A stretch of 62,953 nt of DNA, filler included, from Octopus bimaculoides (GCF_001194135.2; 6 parts of 6 records of this genome joined end to end with filler, not necessarily neighbours in it), one strand, 5' to 3'. Shown: positions 1 to 14,155, counted from the whole stretch's first letter. Notes: generated by a model from the letters alone, not told the origin. Program-made: numbers and translations.

Positions 1-495
1 AGGGATAGCTTCCTCTCGGCCCATTGCTGGGTAAGAGTGGCCACCTTACTAGTTATCTCGTCCCGGTTCTTCTCCATCTGGAGGTCCGGTCCGGTCCGAA
101 CCAGACACTGAGCAATTTAACCGCTCCGTCGGTCCAGCGTCCCATGATGGAGATGCCGTTGCGCGGCATGGGCATCCTTCACAGGTGCTGAGCCGCGAGG
201 CCGCTGATTTTTCTCGGTTAATTTTTGCTCCCGTTACCGCTTCGTATTCTTTTAGTGTCTCGCTGACCAGGTTGATATGTCTGTGGCCCGACACTATCAC
301 GGTGAAGTCGTCCGCTTATGCAGACACACCCCTCCCCCATCCCAGTCCTCGCGGGATGATGCCCCTCAGCCTCGCCAACTTCCAGTGTTGGCTCTAGATT
401 CAATACGCACAGAAGCGATGAGAGGTTCATTCTTGACGGACCGAACGCGTGATGTTAAATGGTCTGGACAGATGACCATTTACGTAAACTATCGA
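1..495 (-). mobile_element. Decayed L1/Tx1-clade LINE reverse transcriptase fragment
   Basis: Minus-strand frames stitch into [17 protein letters not shown](E)..LSSLLCVLNLEP..VSA*ADDFTVIVSGHRHINLVSETLKEYEAVTGAKINREKS. The YADD Tyr codon is TAA (316-318), followed by GCG GAC GAC (307-315). Frameshifts present. Confidence 0.85.
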
Positions 496-562
496 GACAG
501 ATAGACAGACATATAGATAGACAGATAGACAGACAGACAGATAGACAGATAGATAGATAGAC

Positions 563-607
<45 letters not shown>
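496..607. repeat. (GATA)n/(GACA)n microsatellite
   Basis: Direct reading; abuts the Tx1 RT fragment. Confidence 0.95.
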
Positions 608-2548
608 CGTATGTATAGCATACGTATGTGTGTGCGTATATGTGCTTGTTAGTATGTATGTGTTAGAAAGCGCGTGTGTGCGTAGATAGATACAAACAGA
701 GATTCCGCTTTTTTTCCCTGCTGATGAAATGGTTCTATTCGTCACGAATTCAATCATTTCTTATTCAGGATTTTTACTCTCCTAAAAAGGGTAAGTAAAT
801 ATACTTCGCTAGCACGGTCTATTTTCTTATCTCGATTATTGATTATTTCGTATTTTTTTCTTTGGCTAAGTGTATGTTGTCGTCATGGGAGAAAGTGTGA
901 AGTAACGACAAGTACTGTTTATCGATAGGACTGTGAGTGAGACATGCTAAGTGAGTACTGAAAAAAAACGATGTGAAAAGTTTTAAGGGTTTCATCAGAT
1001 GAATAAGTATTAGAGCCCAAATGCATCTAATATACTTGTCTGTCACAATTTATGTGTCTGATTGGATTCGATTACTTTTCTCCAGCGCAATGTTTCATCA
1101 TATTTTAAGGAATTGATATCACTTCACCTCATACTGTAAACGTCTGTACCTCTTCCATTATTTGAAAACTATTTTCTCTGTTACATCGCCTTTGATTCCA
1201 CTACGCTTCTTCTAAGTCCATACTTCATACTGAATACACAGAATCGAAATCCTACCTACTAATTTTCCGTAAATTCAACATTCATAGTCACTTTCATGCA
1301 TGTGTACCATGTTTGAGAGGTGACGCTGCTATATGTTAATGTTTCAAGTATATCATAACAATGTTTCACCAAGTCCGACGGAAAATTATTAGAGCAATTT
1401 TAATAAAGTTAAAACTTTCGAAGCACTAAAGAACAGTTGGCACATGCTAAGTGCCTGCATATGACATTGAAACAAATTGTATCAAGACGGCTTTGAAATT
1501 AATATCCCCAGACAGTAGTATGGTATGGGAGAAAATTAACAACATAATTCGTTAACCTTTTAGGTTAGTTTAACTTTAGTGAGTTCTGTAATTTTTCGAT
1601 TCCTTTTGTAAGGGACAGGACATAGAAATCGAATAAATGTTTGCAAGTATTGCTGCTTCTAGTTTGTACGAAATATTTTGCATTTTCTCTTTTCACTTGC
1701 CTGTCAGACAGTTTGCAATAGCGAAGGACTTTATAAGACTTTACTAATAAACTGTTTCTGCAATCTTAAAATTTCTCTGTTGTAAGCTTTGTGAGAGACA
1801 TCATGCTAGTAACTATTTTTGCATTAGGTGCGCAGGAATACGACGGGAATATGTAAATTAAGGCATTATGTCTATGAACAGTTATTACATGCAGAATGAT
1901 TTATGTCTTTATCGTAACATCAGTATAAATTATACCTTAATGCACTACACACTAAAGAAAAATCTGCGAAGATAACTGAAGGATAAACAAAAATCAACCA
2001 CTATTATTCGGAGAAGAGAATAAAAAGTAGAATAGGAGGCAACAGTTTAAAAGCAAATACATAGACAAAAATGAAAAATACATGGAAGATTTTTTTCGAA
2101 TGACGTTGCGAATAAATGTCGGAGGCATGTTTATAAAATCGACATTATAACTCTTTGTATCTATACAACTTCCGTTGGCAAAATACATTAATAGCCCCGC
2201 TTTTATGTGGTGGGTTGAAATCATAAACAATTATAAATCAGGGCAAAATAATAAAAAAAAAATTCGATGCCAATATGCTGAAACAATAGGCTTTAGAATT
2301 ATTCTTATAATGTTTCTCGCTGAGAAGGAAGAATCCTTTTGGATTAATCCAGAAATCGGTCCGATTCGGGAATAACGAATTTTTTTAAATTTCTGATAAC
2401 TTGCTTTCCTCGTTTCAACACACTATGTACTTATAATGCAAATGTATATATGTGGTTAGACGATCTAAAATATATTATTTAAGCATGTTGGCAGAGAATT
2501 TGTTTTTCTTGTGCCCATATTTGTAATTGTTGATATGTATATATATTT

Positions 2549-2703
2549 TATTCTTTCAGTCATTTGACTGCGGTCATTCCGGAGCACCGGCTTCAGACGA
2601 ACAAATTGACCCCAAAATTTTATTTGTAAGCGTAATACCTACTCTATTTGTCTCTTTTGCCAAACCGGTAAGTTACGGAGACGTAAACACACTAACATCG
2701 GTG
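2549..2703 (-). mobile_element. SINE, family A (cagtcatttgactgcggccatgctggagcaccg-type tail)
   Basis: Similar to copies at 12121, 15168 and 29615. Confidence 0.75.
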
Positions 2704-2776
2704 ATATATATATATATAAGTGTATATTTTACTGTCTTTATATATATATATATATATATAAGTGTATATGTTACAG

Positions 2777-2854
<78 letters not shown>

Positions 2855-2992
2855 CGACAGGCTTCTTTCAGCATCCGTCTACCGAATCGTCTCACAAGTC
2901 TTTGGTCAGCTCGATGCTATAATAGAAGACACTTGCCCAAGTGTTCGCGCACTGGAACTAAACCCGGAACCATGTGATTGGTAAGCAAGCTA
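2855..2992 (-). mobile_element. tRNA-like SINE, family D
   Basis: Minus strand catggttccgggtttagttccagtgcgcgaacacttgggcaagtgtcttcta; related copies at 24565, 56748 and 58556. Confidence 0.7.
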
Positions 2993-3712
2993 TAGACACT
3001 ATCTATATAGTGTCTCACAGACACACACACATACACACATTCACACACATATATATATATATATATTTGCATGAACTCATGCACTGTCCGTCATTCGCTA
3101 TTGGGATATAATTAATATTTCACAAGTAAACCTATCAGATACAATGAGAACAACTAACAGTTTTCAGTCAGTGATATGACTAAATTAATTGTAAACAGAA
3201 TAATAGCTCGAGAGGGAAAGGTTAACACAGAAACATGAAATTTATAGTTGTACAGAAGGAAAGGAAGTCATTATGCCGTCTGCGTGAAGATATGCCATTG
3301 AATGCTTGACCTTGGCATTAGAATCAGTAAGAAAGAGTGTAAGAGCGTACACTTTCAGTGATATGTTTCATATTACACAATTAACTAATATTATACATTT
3401 AACTAATATGTCATATAATTTTCCTTAGTAAAGGATTTTGGTTCGCATTATACTTACTTAACAGGGAATTTGTTGCGTGAATAAATGCTGAGTATCAGCT
3501 TTACGGATATAAGTGTCTTGCCTTATCAACAAGGTGTGGATGTGACGACACAAAGGTCATTTGTAATGTTGATAAATGAAATAAACCATTTATCACCAAA
3601 AAGACAAAAATTAATATGAATGAGTGAATTTGGAGAAAATTCGTTTTGCATACACATAGGCGTGGTTTATTATAAATAACGCTTGGTAACAGCGACTCCA
3701 TTAATTCCTAGC

Positions 3713-3754
3713 AATATCTGAAGAAGGAATTTTTATATTCCGAAATATTATATT
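3713..3754 (+). ncRNA. Minimal type-I hammerhead ribozyme motif (PLE-type)
   Basis: AATAT-CTGAAGA-A-GGAA-tttttata-TTCC-GAAA-TA-T-T-ATATT: 5-bp stem I, intact CUGANGA and GAAA cores, 4-bp stem II, palindromic minimal stem III (ATAT), AUU cleavage triplet. Confidence 0.6.
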
Positions 3755-4180
3755 AAACTATGGATAATTAAATTATTTATAAAAGTTATTATAGTCCACT
3801 CTGCATTGTCGTGTTATTCCAGACACGTTACATTTCAATAAAACAATACACAATGCTCCCAGCGAACTACACTACCTTCTTAACTACAATGATTGTGCTT
3901 CTTGAACAAGAATATATTTCATGCTTAAATTATGAAGCTAGTTTGTGCAGAATTGTACAATTCAAGTGTTATGAGAATTATCATTAAAGGTTATATGAGT
4001 AACATAAGGCAGCAGTGTATAATTTATATACAACAGAAAATCAGAGCTAAATAAAATGTCAATAAGTGTAAAAGAACAAGATATACAAATACGATAAGTG
4101 TTAGTGAAATAGTCATATATCAAAGTTCACTAAGTAAATAATCCTTTATGTTAAAAGCAGAAGGCCTGGAATTGGGGCAG

Positions 4181-4288
4181 GGTTAAAGGCAAAGTCGACC
4201 TCGGCGGCATTTGAAATCAGAACGTGAAGATTGACGAAATACCACAAAGCATTTTTCCCGGTGTACAAAAAGATTCTGCCAGCTCGCC
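4181..4288 (-). mobile_element. tRNA-derived SINE, family B (5' part)
   Basis: Minus strand ggcgagctggcagaatc...ttcaaatgccgccgaggtcgactttgcc, matching the head of the 21445 copy. Confidence 0.75.
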
Positions 4289-6224
4289 GAGGGTTAAATT
4301 TGATTCGATCCATAAATCTCTCGTCTTGTACAGAGTTATTGATGACGATACTTTGCAAAGCAACGACGATCAAAATATAACAGTAAGGAAAGCTGCAATG
4401 GTTTTGTAATTGTAAGCTTCGTACCATACAGCTGTTTCGGTCCCTTCACTTTACGCTGCAATGTCTTCTAACTACCAGTTTCGGAAGACACATTCACTTT
4501 TGTACCTAAATTTAGTTTATGCTTCTATGACGCCTAAATGTAAATATAAAATTTGGTTAGTCGGTGCAATGGCATGAGAGATTTCTAATCTGGTTTTCTC
4601 GAATCAAAACAGGTTTAGCTGTTGAATTTTTCATGATTCCTTGTAAGCTCGAGATGCCAATGGAGACTCATATTAGCAAAATCATGGCCTATAATAGTCG
4701 GCATAGATTTTAGTAAGACCGTTGCAGTGGCTTAATCTAGCGGCCACGTGACTCTTTTGTGCCTGTCTATAGGAGTAACTAAATAGTCAATCATCTTTTC
4801 CTCCTTTACATTCTTTGGAAGGGACTAATATTCGGGTCAGCACCCACCTGACCACCTGAAGTACTCGATTCAGTTTCCATTGAATAAATACTGTTTGTTG
4901 ATTCAGATTCAAACATAATAACCGGTAGATCAGCAATAGGTATGTTTAAGTGAAGGACTGCTTCCATGAAGTAGACCTACAGATAATGGTGGTAAGACTG
5001 TCCGTGTATTTCAAGTATCAATCGATAACAGTAATTTTAAGCAGTATGTCAAATTTTGTGAGTGTGAGATCAATTTACTATCATGCCGGAATGGAGTCCT
5101 TTTCATTTATAACATGCTGCACGCAACAAATGTAAAAATTGAGAATATTGAAATAGGTGACCTCTTGTGGCCATTTATGGTGATTACTATTAAAAATGGC
5201 ATAATATTTATAAGGGCAAAATGTCATGCGATAGTGGAGAGATAATGTCTTACAATGTTTATTTTAGGAATGTGTTATTTCGAAACTAAAAGAAATATTT
5301 ATTATTGGACATGATTTAGAAATTATTTTTTTGATATCAAACTTTATTATTCATTCAACCTTCTAGCAGCCTTTATATAGAAACCAACAGCTAATCACAC
5401 TTAATTCGAGATATACTGCTAAGCATATATTTCATTTCCTTTTACTCTGGGAGAAAATTCGTCAAATTGTATGAAGATTAATAATATGAATGAATGCACA
5501 AGTTACAGTTTGAAACTAATGCAGCCTAAAGTAACATTAAATACAGAGGCTATTATTGCATAAAACCTTAAACCTAAATATCATTACAGCTTACACTACT
5601 ATTACACTTTGACACTCGTTGCATTAACAATATCTCAACTTCGAACGGAAACACGATAATACGTTAGATGCAATAGGAGAAGCGTACTAAGCAGAATGAA
5701 TACATTTCGAACCTGATCTACAGATATTTACTTATTTCCCTTTACTTGTTTTCATGCTATTCTTAGTGACACTGTAATTCACAAATAAACTCTGTAACAC
5801 ATTTTTCTCTGCACATGTTTCTCGATGAAAATATTTCCTCAATAAATGTTTAAAATAATATCCACAATCAGGTATATTAATTTCAAAAAGCATACTCCGG
5901 AATCATCACAATTAAGAACAATTAACCTGCTAAAAACGCACACTATATGATGAGAAACTTAGCTGTGAAATCATTTGGTAATGTGTTTGATCTCACAACC
6001 GGGAACATTGAATAGGTGTATAAGTGCAATCCACTATCAACACGGATATTGTCTATACGTTAGGAGCAAAATACGCTAAAAAGAGATTGTGTAAAGGCTC
6101 AGTTTCTTACTAGCATATCATATTCACTACTAATATAAACACCTCCTATATATCTATATGTATATATATGTATATATGTATATATATATATATATGTTTA
6201 TATATTTATATACATATATGTTTG

Positions 6225-6256
<32 letters not shown>

Positions 6257-6287
6257 GATNNNNNNNNNNNNNNNNNNNNNNNNNNNN

Positions 6288-6343
<56 letters not shown>

Positions 6344-7463
6344 GTGTGTGTATGGAGAGAATATTTTTTTCTCAAACAGTTAAGATTGAGAAAAGAACCT
6401 TTTTATTTAGAAAGTTGAGAGGTACTAACCTTTGGGAAGCGATTTCATAAAATCTGTGTGGCTTTCTCTTAAGTAGATGTGCAAGTGCTTTTATTTCTTA
6501 AGGTTTTCATGCACAGCGCTTGCACATCTATATAAGAAAAATCTCTTAGTGTCTTCCGACATTCTAAAAGGGTTTTTTTTAAAAATCAAGCTCAACTCTT
6601 TGAGAAAAAATCTTCCTTCCAAATATAACTGTATCAAGAGATATATATATGTGTATCTATGGGTACAGAAGGTCGCAAACCGTAAACAACATGAAATACA
6701 AAAGCAAATGAATTGAAACATGAAATGAATACGCAAACAACGAAAGAAACAAATGCAAAACAGGAGAAGTAGTATAAAGAACGATCCCTCATCAGTTGTT
6801 GGCTGTCCATCTACTCCTCATTTCGAGCATACGGTGGTCGCTAGAAAAGCGTAAGCTTCGTGGAATGGCGATTTATATATTCACAAGATCTGTTTAAGGT
6901 AAATAATAAGCGTCATAAAGCGTGATATCACATTAACATTCATAAAAGTTCTAAGTGTCTTCCGTGCAATTTGTGACAACATTGAGAAATCCGAGCTCGT
7001 ATGGCATTTTGAAGTGTAGCTTGAGTGACGACATTGCAAGCTTTTAACAATGGGCTGCTATGACAATTCTAGACGACTTTCTGTCATCTTAGGCTTCATG
7101 ATTGCAGTCTAAATAACGCTATCGATACTGAATCACAAGAGGACTTGCAGAGTGCATAAACTATCATAATAGTTCATTGATTAACAAATTTGAGAGAATG
7201 CCATTCGAAAATACTGTCTGATATGTTGATCTAAGTAGCAGGAACAATGTAAATAATAGTGTGCAAATTGAGACTAGCTGACTACATGATATACATACAT
7301 TCATATATATNNNNNNNNNNNNNNNNNNNNNNNNNNNNNNNNNNNNNNNNNNNNNNNNNNNNNNNNNNNNNNNNNNNNNNNNNNNNNNNNNNNNNNNNNN
7401 NNNNNNNNNNNNNNNNNNNNNNNNNNNNNNNNNNNNNNNNNNNNNNNNNNNNNNNNNNNNNNN

Positions 7464-7499
<36 letters not shown>

Positions 7500-7582
7500 T
7501 CTGTATTTATATATTGTATGTATATATATGTATATACATGTATGTATATATATATATAAGTATATATAAATGTACATATACG

Positions 7583-7625
<43 letters not shown>

Positions 7626-9144
7626 GTGTGTGTATATATGTTTATATATATGAATATATGTGTGCGTGTGTGTGTGTGTATGTATTTATATATATTATAC
7701 CTGCATGCATATATGTATTTATCTATCTATATACATATACACCTGTATACATATATATAGAGAGAGATAGAAATATATAATTGTGTACAAGTGTGCATGC
7801 GCACGCGTGTGTGCGTTTTTGTGCATACAGTGATGAATAGTATCTTCAAGAGATTATTATGTCTAAGAATTAATCCTCAGCTTCTACAGCTCACTTTCAT
7901 AGAAAACACAACTTCTGTCAGTTCGATCATTTTTATCGATATATATTACCATTTGTGTCTACATTGTTTCCGTGAGAATAATTTTCTTATTACTTGATTG
8001 ATTTATTGATAATTTTCTTCATTTACTATTGTTTACAATAGAAAAGAATTAATATTTGCCAATAAAATCATGATACAATATTTGCGTTCGAAAAGATATT
8101 TATATTGAATGAATAAATTATAAGAAACAGAATTGTCGATTGTAGACGTAATACTGATGATATCTAAAATAGATTTTTGGAAAGAGAAAAAATATCACTG
8201 TATATCATTAATTGACCAAAATCTCTGATATAGTTTTAGACTTCGCGTATAATTAGATTCACTACCATAAAGAATTTAAACGTTTTGATTTTCATATCTA
8301 TTTTTTATATAATCAAACACAAGTCCCAGACTTAACTAGATCTCAGTTGCTTATTGAAGAAAATTAAAACTCTGGCAACAAATCATCCAAGAGGTAAATG
8401 TGAAATAACGATGAAAACAAATTATTTCTTTAAAATATCGGAGTAATAGCTGTGTTCATTCGACATAATAGTATCACAAGCAATGCAATGCTACAATATT
8501 GCCTTAACATTAGAATGTTCAGTAAGATATGTTGCATCACGCTGGACATTGTCGTTCAAATTAAGCAATATAAAGGGTTACATGAACGACAAAGTATGTT
8601 GGCCAACACGCATGACATAATTATGTAATGCCTTAAAATATATTGGTCTATTATTTATAGAAACTTCAGTAAATTTCCATTGATTCGTATGATGCCGAAA
8701 TCAGATTTGCGGATGAAGTGCTCACATTATTACTCTGTTCATTATATGAGTGACCGAAATAGTTACCTCAGTTAATGCAAACATTGATCCATTGTCGTAA
8801 TCAAATATTATTGATTAATGCTTATTTAATGTGTGTGGCAACGTTCGTAATATAAATATGTTTATAGATTTACATTAGCGGTTGCATTGTCTGCACAAAT
8901 ACATCTCAGATGTGGAGCGAATTAACCTCTAGAAGGTTTACAATGATATTGCGTATTTCATTACGATGTAATTTAATAAATATCAATATCATAGGAAAAT
9001 AAATATATTATTCATCTGTCCTTGATTATGACATAACATTGCTTTTGTTATTACCACAACTAATTTTACGGAAATATATTGGGTAGGTAGAAATCGATAT
9101 AATTTATTAGTTGCGTATATATCAGAAATGAAGGCAAGGATTAT

Positions 9145-9283
9145 GTGTATGAATGTGTTTATGTATGTATGTATGTATGTATGTATGTATGTATGTACGT
9201 ATGTATGTATGTATGTATGTATGCATGCATGTATATATGTATGTATGTATGTATGTATCTATGTATATATGTATGTATGTATA
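9145..9283. repeat. (TATG)n microsatellite
   Basis: Direct reading. Confidence 0.9.
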
Positions 9284-11718
9284 TCATTGTTCAGTTTTAT
9301 TTTAAGATCTCTTGCCAATAGAGAAAAAGCCGGTTTCTAACCTAGATCCAAGGCTCCTTCTTTGGAATTTGAACATCAACAACAGGGTATGTGTATGTAT
9401 GTATGTATGTATGTTTATGTGCTGCTTTGTAGGTTTTGCTTTATATATTCATCCTCATGCATATAGTTGCATATCTAGATATGCGCATACATATATATTA
9501 TATATATATGTATACATATATATATATATATATANNNNNNNNNNNNNNNNNNNNNNNNNNNNNNNNNNNNNNNNNNNNNNNNNNNNNNNNNNNNNNNNNN
9601 NNNNNNNNNNNNNNNNNNNNNNNNNNNNNNNNNNNNNNNNNNNNNNNNNNNNNNNNNNNNNNNNNNNNNNNNNNNNNNNNNNNNNNNNNNNNNNNNNNNN
9701 NNNNNNNNNNNNNNNNNNNNNNNNNNNNNNNNNNNNNNNNNNNNNNNNNNNNNNNNNNNNNNNNNNNNNNNNNNNNNNNNNNNNNNNNNNNNNNNNNNNN
9801 NNNNNNNNNNNNNNNNNNNNNNNNNNNNTATATATATATATATATATGTTGAGAACATACACTTTGCTCTCAACCTTACACTTTCTTCTGCTTCAATTGC
9901 CATGGTTATTTCCGACAGCTCTCTACATTGAAAGTTCAAATCCAGCTGAATTGGTCCTTGCTTTACTTCCACTGGGTGTAAATAAATCCAAAGTTCCTCA
10001 ATCCACTAACCATCCCCTCTAATACTGCTGGACTTGTGTGCTTAAATAAGAAACAACTATATCGTCCATCCGTTCTCCCTCTTTCCTTTCCCAACACAAA
10101 TTGCTTCATATTCAGCTTTGCATTCCTTTCAAATTTTATCTTTATAATACCAACCAATCTTTACTGATATAGATTCCCTAAAAGCGCATCCCATGTCTCC
10201 TCCCCTTATTCTCGCGCACTTTGTGTTCACATGCAATATTGTGTGTATGTGTGTGTATATATATGCATATCCATGCATATATATGTCTGTATATATGTAT
10301 ATTATACATTATATATATGCATATATATGTGTGTATATATGTATATTATACATTATATATATGCATATGAAGCCTTATATATATATATGCATGTATGTAT
10401 ATGTATCCTTGCCTATTGCCATCTTTTCCTTTCATTTCTAATTTCTACCTACGTCAATTAATGTTAGCTCGTACGTTTCAACTCAACTGACCTTCATTTT
10501 AATACAACCTTTAGTTTCCATACCCTTATCCTTTACTTCTCTCATAATATAGATATGCTTCACTGCTCACATCTTTGCTAATACTCACAAAATTTCAATA
10601 CACGCTATTTCCCTCCCTCTTTATATCCTCTTACATCCATCTCAATTATCCTGATACTTCGATATTCTTATCAGCAATTTCATGCCTTAGGCAATAAAAT
10701 TTGTATATTTTATCTCTCCAAAGAACAACATGTCCGAAAAGATAGATTTTAATTTTGATGACAAATGTATTAACTGAAAGTCTTTACGATCTCCAAAGCT
10801 TGCTGCCACATCCTCAAACCAATTAATTCAAAGTACAGTCTTAATCTAGTTTTTAATATGTTTACTGTTGTGGAGAAGGGTGAAAGACAGAAATGGTAGA
10901 GCAACACATTAAATATCAAGCGTTAATTAATTTTCTCCCTTACGCTTTGCGTTCAGATCCCTCAAATATTGATTTTGCAATCGATCATCAACTATTAGAA
11001 TCGGTTAAATTGACTAGAAATATGCCCATCAACGCATGAATTTATCCTTATATTTCCAGTCGGTAAACCATGCTTCATGATTTAAAAATTATACTTCTAA
11101 CTACACAGACATTAAGCATTTACTCATAATTCACTCCCATCACTTCCAAAGTGTTAAATTATTGATTCATATTTCATATCTCTCATAGGTGCAGCATCGT
11201 TGAAGCAAAGTAGCCACCACAATCGCATGCTAAGCATAACATATTTCTTTCTATGAGTTTTTTAAGGCTTTGGTTTGATGTAAATAGTTATTTTTATAGC
11301 TTCTGTAGACCTTCAACAATAATTGAGACACATTTCGCTTGATATTCTTTGTTAACTGCTGCAAATTGGGGTTTCGGATTTGTACTTGTATAACAACTTG
11401 ATCTGAGATTGTTTACTAAAAGAGAAGAAAATACATCGTAGATGGACGCTTCTAGTCATATAATAATAAATGAAACTATAAAGTTCTCTTCAAATCCAAA
11501 TTTCTATCACTGGTGCCAAACTTTTGATGTTGCAGGAAATAGATTTAAATTTAAAGTGAATTCAACAGGCTTCTTGTTCAATGTCTACGATGTCTTTTCT
11601 ACGATATTGCTATAAATTGATATTGCAGGGAGAAAGGGCAAAGAGGATTTCCTGGGGGTTAATATTCTGGCAAAGAATAGTTTTAAATGGAAATGCGTAT
11701 CAACATTTCATTCAAATT

Positions 11719-12060
11719 TGCGTTCCGAGTACAAAGGACGCCGAATTCAGAGTCGATAAGTAAAGTACAATTCGAGCAAAGGGGTCAAATTTATCAACTT
11801 ACCAACTACCCCGAAATTGCTGGCCTGGTACTAAGACTTGAAATTAATATTATTAAGGCGGCCCCCTGGCAGTGTCGTTACAGCATTGGAGAAAATGTTT
11901 AGCTGTATTCCGGTTTTACGCTCTCAGGGAAAATGCCGCCGTGGCTGCCTTTGCCTTTCCTTATTTGGATTGATAAGATAAGTACCAGTCAAATACTGCA
12001 GTCGATATTATCAACTAATCCAGTCCCATCAAATTTCAAATCATTTGTGACTAGAGTAGA
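11719..12060 (+). mobile_element. Two tandem decayed family-B SINEs
   Basis: aaggcggccccctggcagtgtcgttacagc...gccgccgtggctgcctttgcctttcc...gataagataagtaccagt, preceded by a similar 3' half. Confidence 0.6.
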
Positions 12061-12064
12061 CGGA

Positions 12065-12067
<3 letters not shown>

Positions 12068-12124
<57 letters not shown>

Positions 12125-12291
12125 TCTTTTACTTGTTTCAGTCATTTGAGTGCGGCCATGCTGGAACACCGCATTTAGTCGAGCAAATCGACCCGAGGAC
12201 TTATTCTTTATAAGCCTAGTACTTATTCTATCGGTGGGTTTCGCCGAACCGCTATGTTACAGGGACGTAAACACACCAGCATCGGTTGTCA
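12068..12291 (-). mobile_element. Family-A SINE with (AAT)n tail
   Basis: 12121-12291 matches the 15168 and 29615 copies in reverse; (TAT)n at 12068-12122 is its tail. Confidence 0.85.
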
Positions 12292-12414
12292 CATTAGTAA
12301 GCCATTAAAACAAGCAAGCAGTCATGTGATAGAGAAAAAGTGGAATACAGAGAGAAACAGGAAAAAATAATTAAAACAAACAATTAAAATCAAGGGGGGA
12401 AAGGAAAGGAAATT

Positions 12415-12560
12415 TAATGTATCTCGTATACGAAATGCATTCACCCAACGTACGATCGTGTTACGGGGCGGGGGATGATTTCGGTGAATGTTGAAGTGGC
12501 GCCGAAACTTACGCTGAACTACTATGACAGACACTCCCGACTTTGTGAATCCGATTCTTG
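12415..12560 (-). mobile_element. Tc1/mariner-superfamily transposase N-terminal HTH remnant (DUF4817-like)
   Basis: SVIVVQRKFRRHFNIHRNHPPPRNTIVRWVNAFRIRDTL resembles the QRxFRxxF...PxRxTIxRWVxxFR pattern. The rest of the transposase is absent. Confidence 0.6.
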
Positions 12561-12703
12561 TTGTTTGCTCAGTACTATCATTGCTATTTATTACTTTCAT
12601 TGCGATTCTACTGCTCTACTCATTACTCCAAATTTAGATGAAGTGTGTAGTTCACTGCTTCTTTTTCCAGGTTTGTATGTTCATCACCTCTATAATTTTT
12701 TAA

Positions 12704-12870
12704 ACTTTAGTCAAAAGACCAGCAACTTCGACGGGGAAGGTCAATCGATATCGGCCCTATTATCTGATTGGTACCCTCTTTTATCGACACTGAAAATATG
12801 AAATGCAAGAATGACGTCAGCATGATTTAAACTCAGAAAACGCCTGCGAGCTGGAGTTCTCCAATTGCGA
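12704..12870 (-). mobile_element. Decayed family-B SINE
   Basis: gaccagcaacttcg...tcaatcgatatcggccc...ttttatcgacactgaaaatatgaaatgcaag...aactcagaaaacg. Confidence 0.55.
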
Positions 12871-13615
12871 AAGCTCTCATAATGATATCTTTTATATGTC
12901 ACAACTAATCAAATGGAGCGTTGTAGTTAATATTATGAATTGCTCTATGGTTGGAACTCTTGCAGCTTCGTTAGAACTTTCTGGATTTGTTTCAACTCTA
13001 TACTTTCTCTGTTCAAATCCCAACTAGATCAAAGTTCTATACATCCTTTCGTGATCAACAAAACATCGTACCAGTAAAATATTCGGGTAGGTATAATCGG
13101 ATATTACTGTCGACTTTCTAGTCTTTTGCATAAATTTGAATGTCACATTAACGACAGTTGAGGTTTCACAATCACATTCTGCTGATTTCGGCATTGATTT
13201 TCACATTTTAACTATAAGATACCAGTCAAAAACTGGAGTCGAATTATTCAGCTAAACCATTTATACCTCCTCACTATGTATCAGTGCTCGAAATAAATTA
13301 ATAATGGTCGTAGTCTTGTGAAGAATATATTCACACGTAGTGTAAATGGTTACTGCGAATGGAATCTACACAATAATTGTGTATATATTTCATTTGTCAA
13401 CAAAATAGCATGTGAACTGTACAGTCTAAGGTTAATAGCACTATCGATTTCATAGATTAAGTAATTCTGTACAATTCAATAGTCTCCAATAGTTTGGATT
13501 TCGCAAGAGGTATATTTAAGTTATCAGCAACAAGATGGCAGCTGGAAGCTATGATTTCGGTTGAAATGTGTGTGCTTGTGTGTGTGTTTGTGTGTGTGTG
13601 TTTGTGTTTGTGTGT

Positions 13616-13653
<38 letters not shown>

Positions 13654-14085
13654 NNNNNNNNNNNNNNNNNNNNNNNNNNNNNNNNNNNNNNNNNNNNNNN
13701 NNNNNNNNNNNNNNNNNNNNNNNNNNNNNNNNNNNNNNNNNNNNNNNNNNNNNNNNNNNNNNNNNNNNNNNNNNNNNNNNNNNNNNNNNNNNNNNNNNNN
13801 NNNNNNNNNNNNNNNNNNNNNNNNNNNNNNNNNNNNNNNNNNNNNNNNNNNNNNNNNNNNNNNNNNNNNNNNNNNNNNNNNNNNNNNNNNNNNNNNNNNN
13901 NNNNNNNNNNNNNNNNNNNNNNNNNNNNNNNNNNNNNNNNNNNNNNNNNNNNNNNNNNNNNNNNNNNNNNNNNNNNNNNNNNNNNNNNNNNNNNNNNNNN
14001 NNNNNNNNNNNNNNNNNNNNNNNNNNNNNNNNNNNNNNNNNNNNNNNNNNNNATATATACATATATATGTATACAGCGAGAGAAT

Positions 14086-14154
<69 letters not shown>
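14086..14154. repeat. (GATA)n microsatellite
   Basis: Direct reading. Confidence 0.95.

Positions 14155-14155
<1 letters not shown>

Noticed and set aside
9850-10680. Purine-skewed minus strand resembling an ancient RTE fragment
   Set aside because: No motif survives well enough to call.
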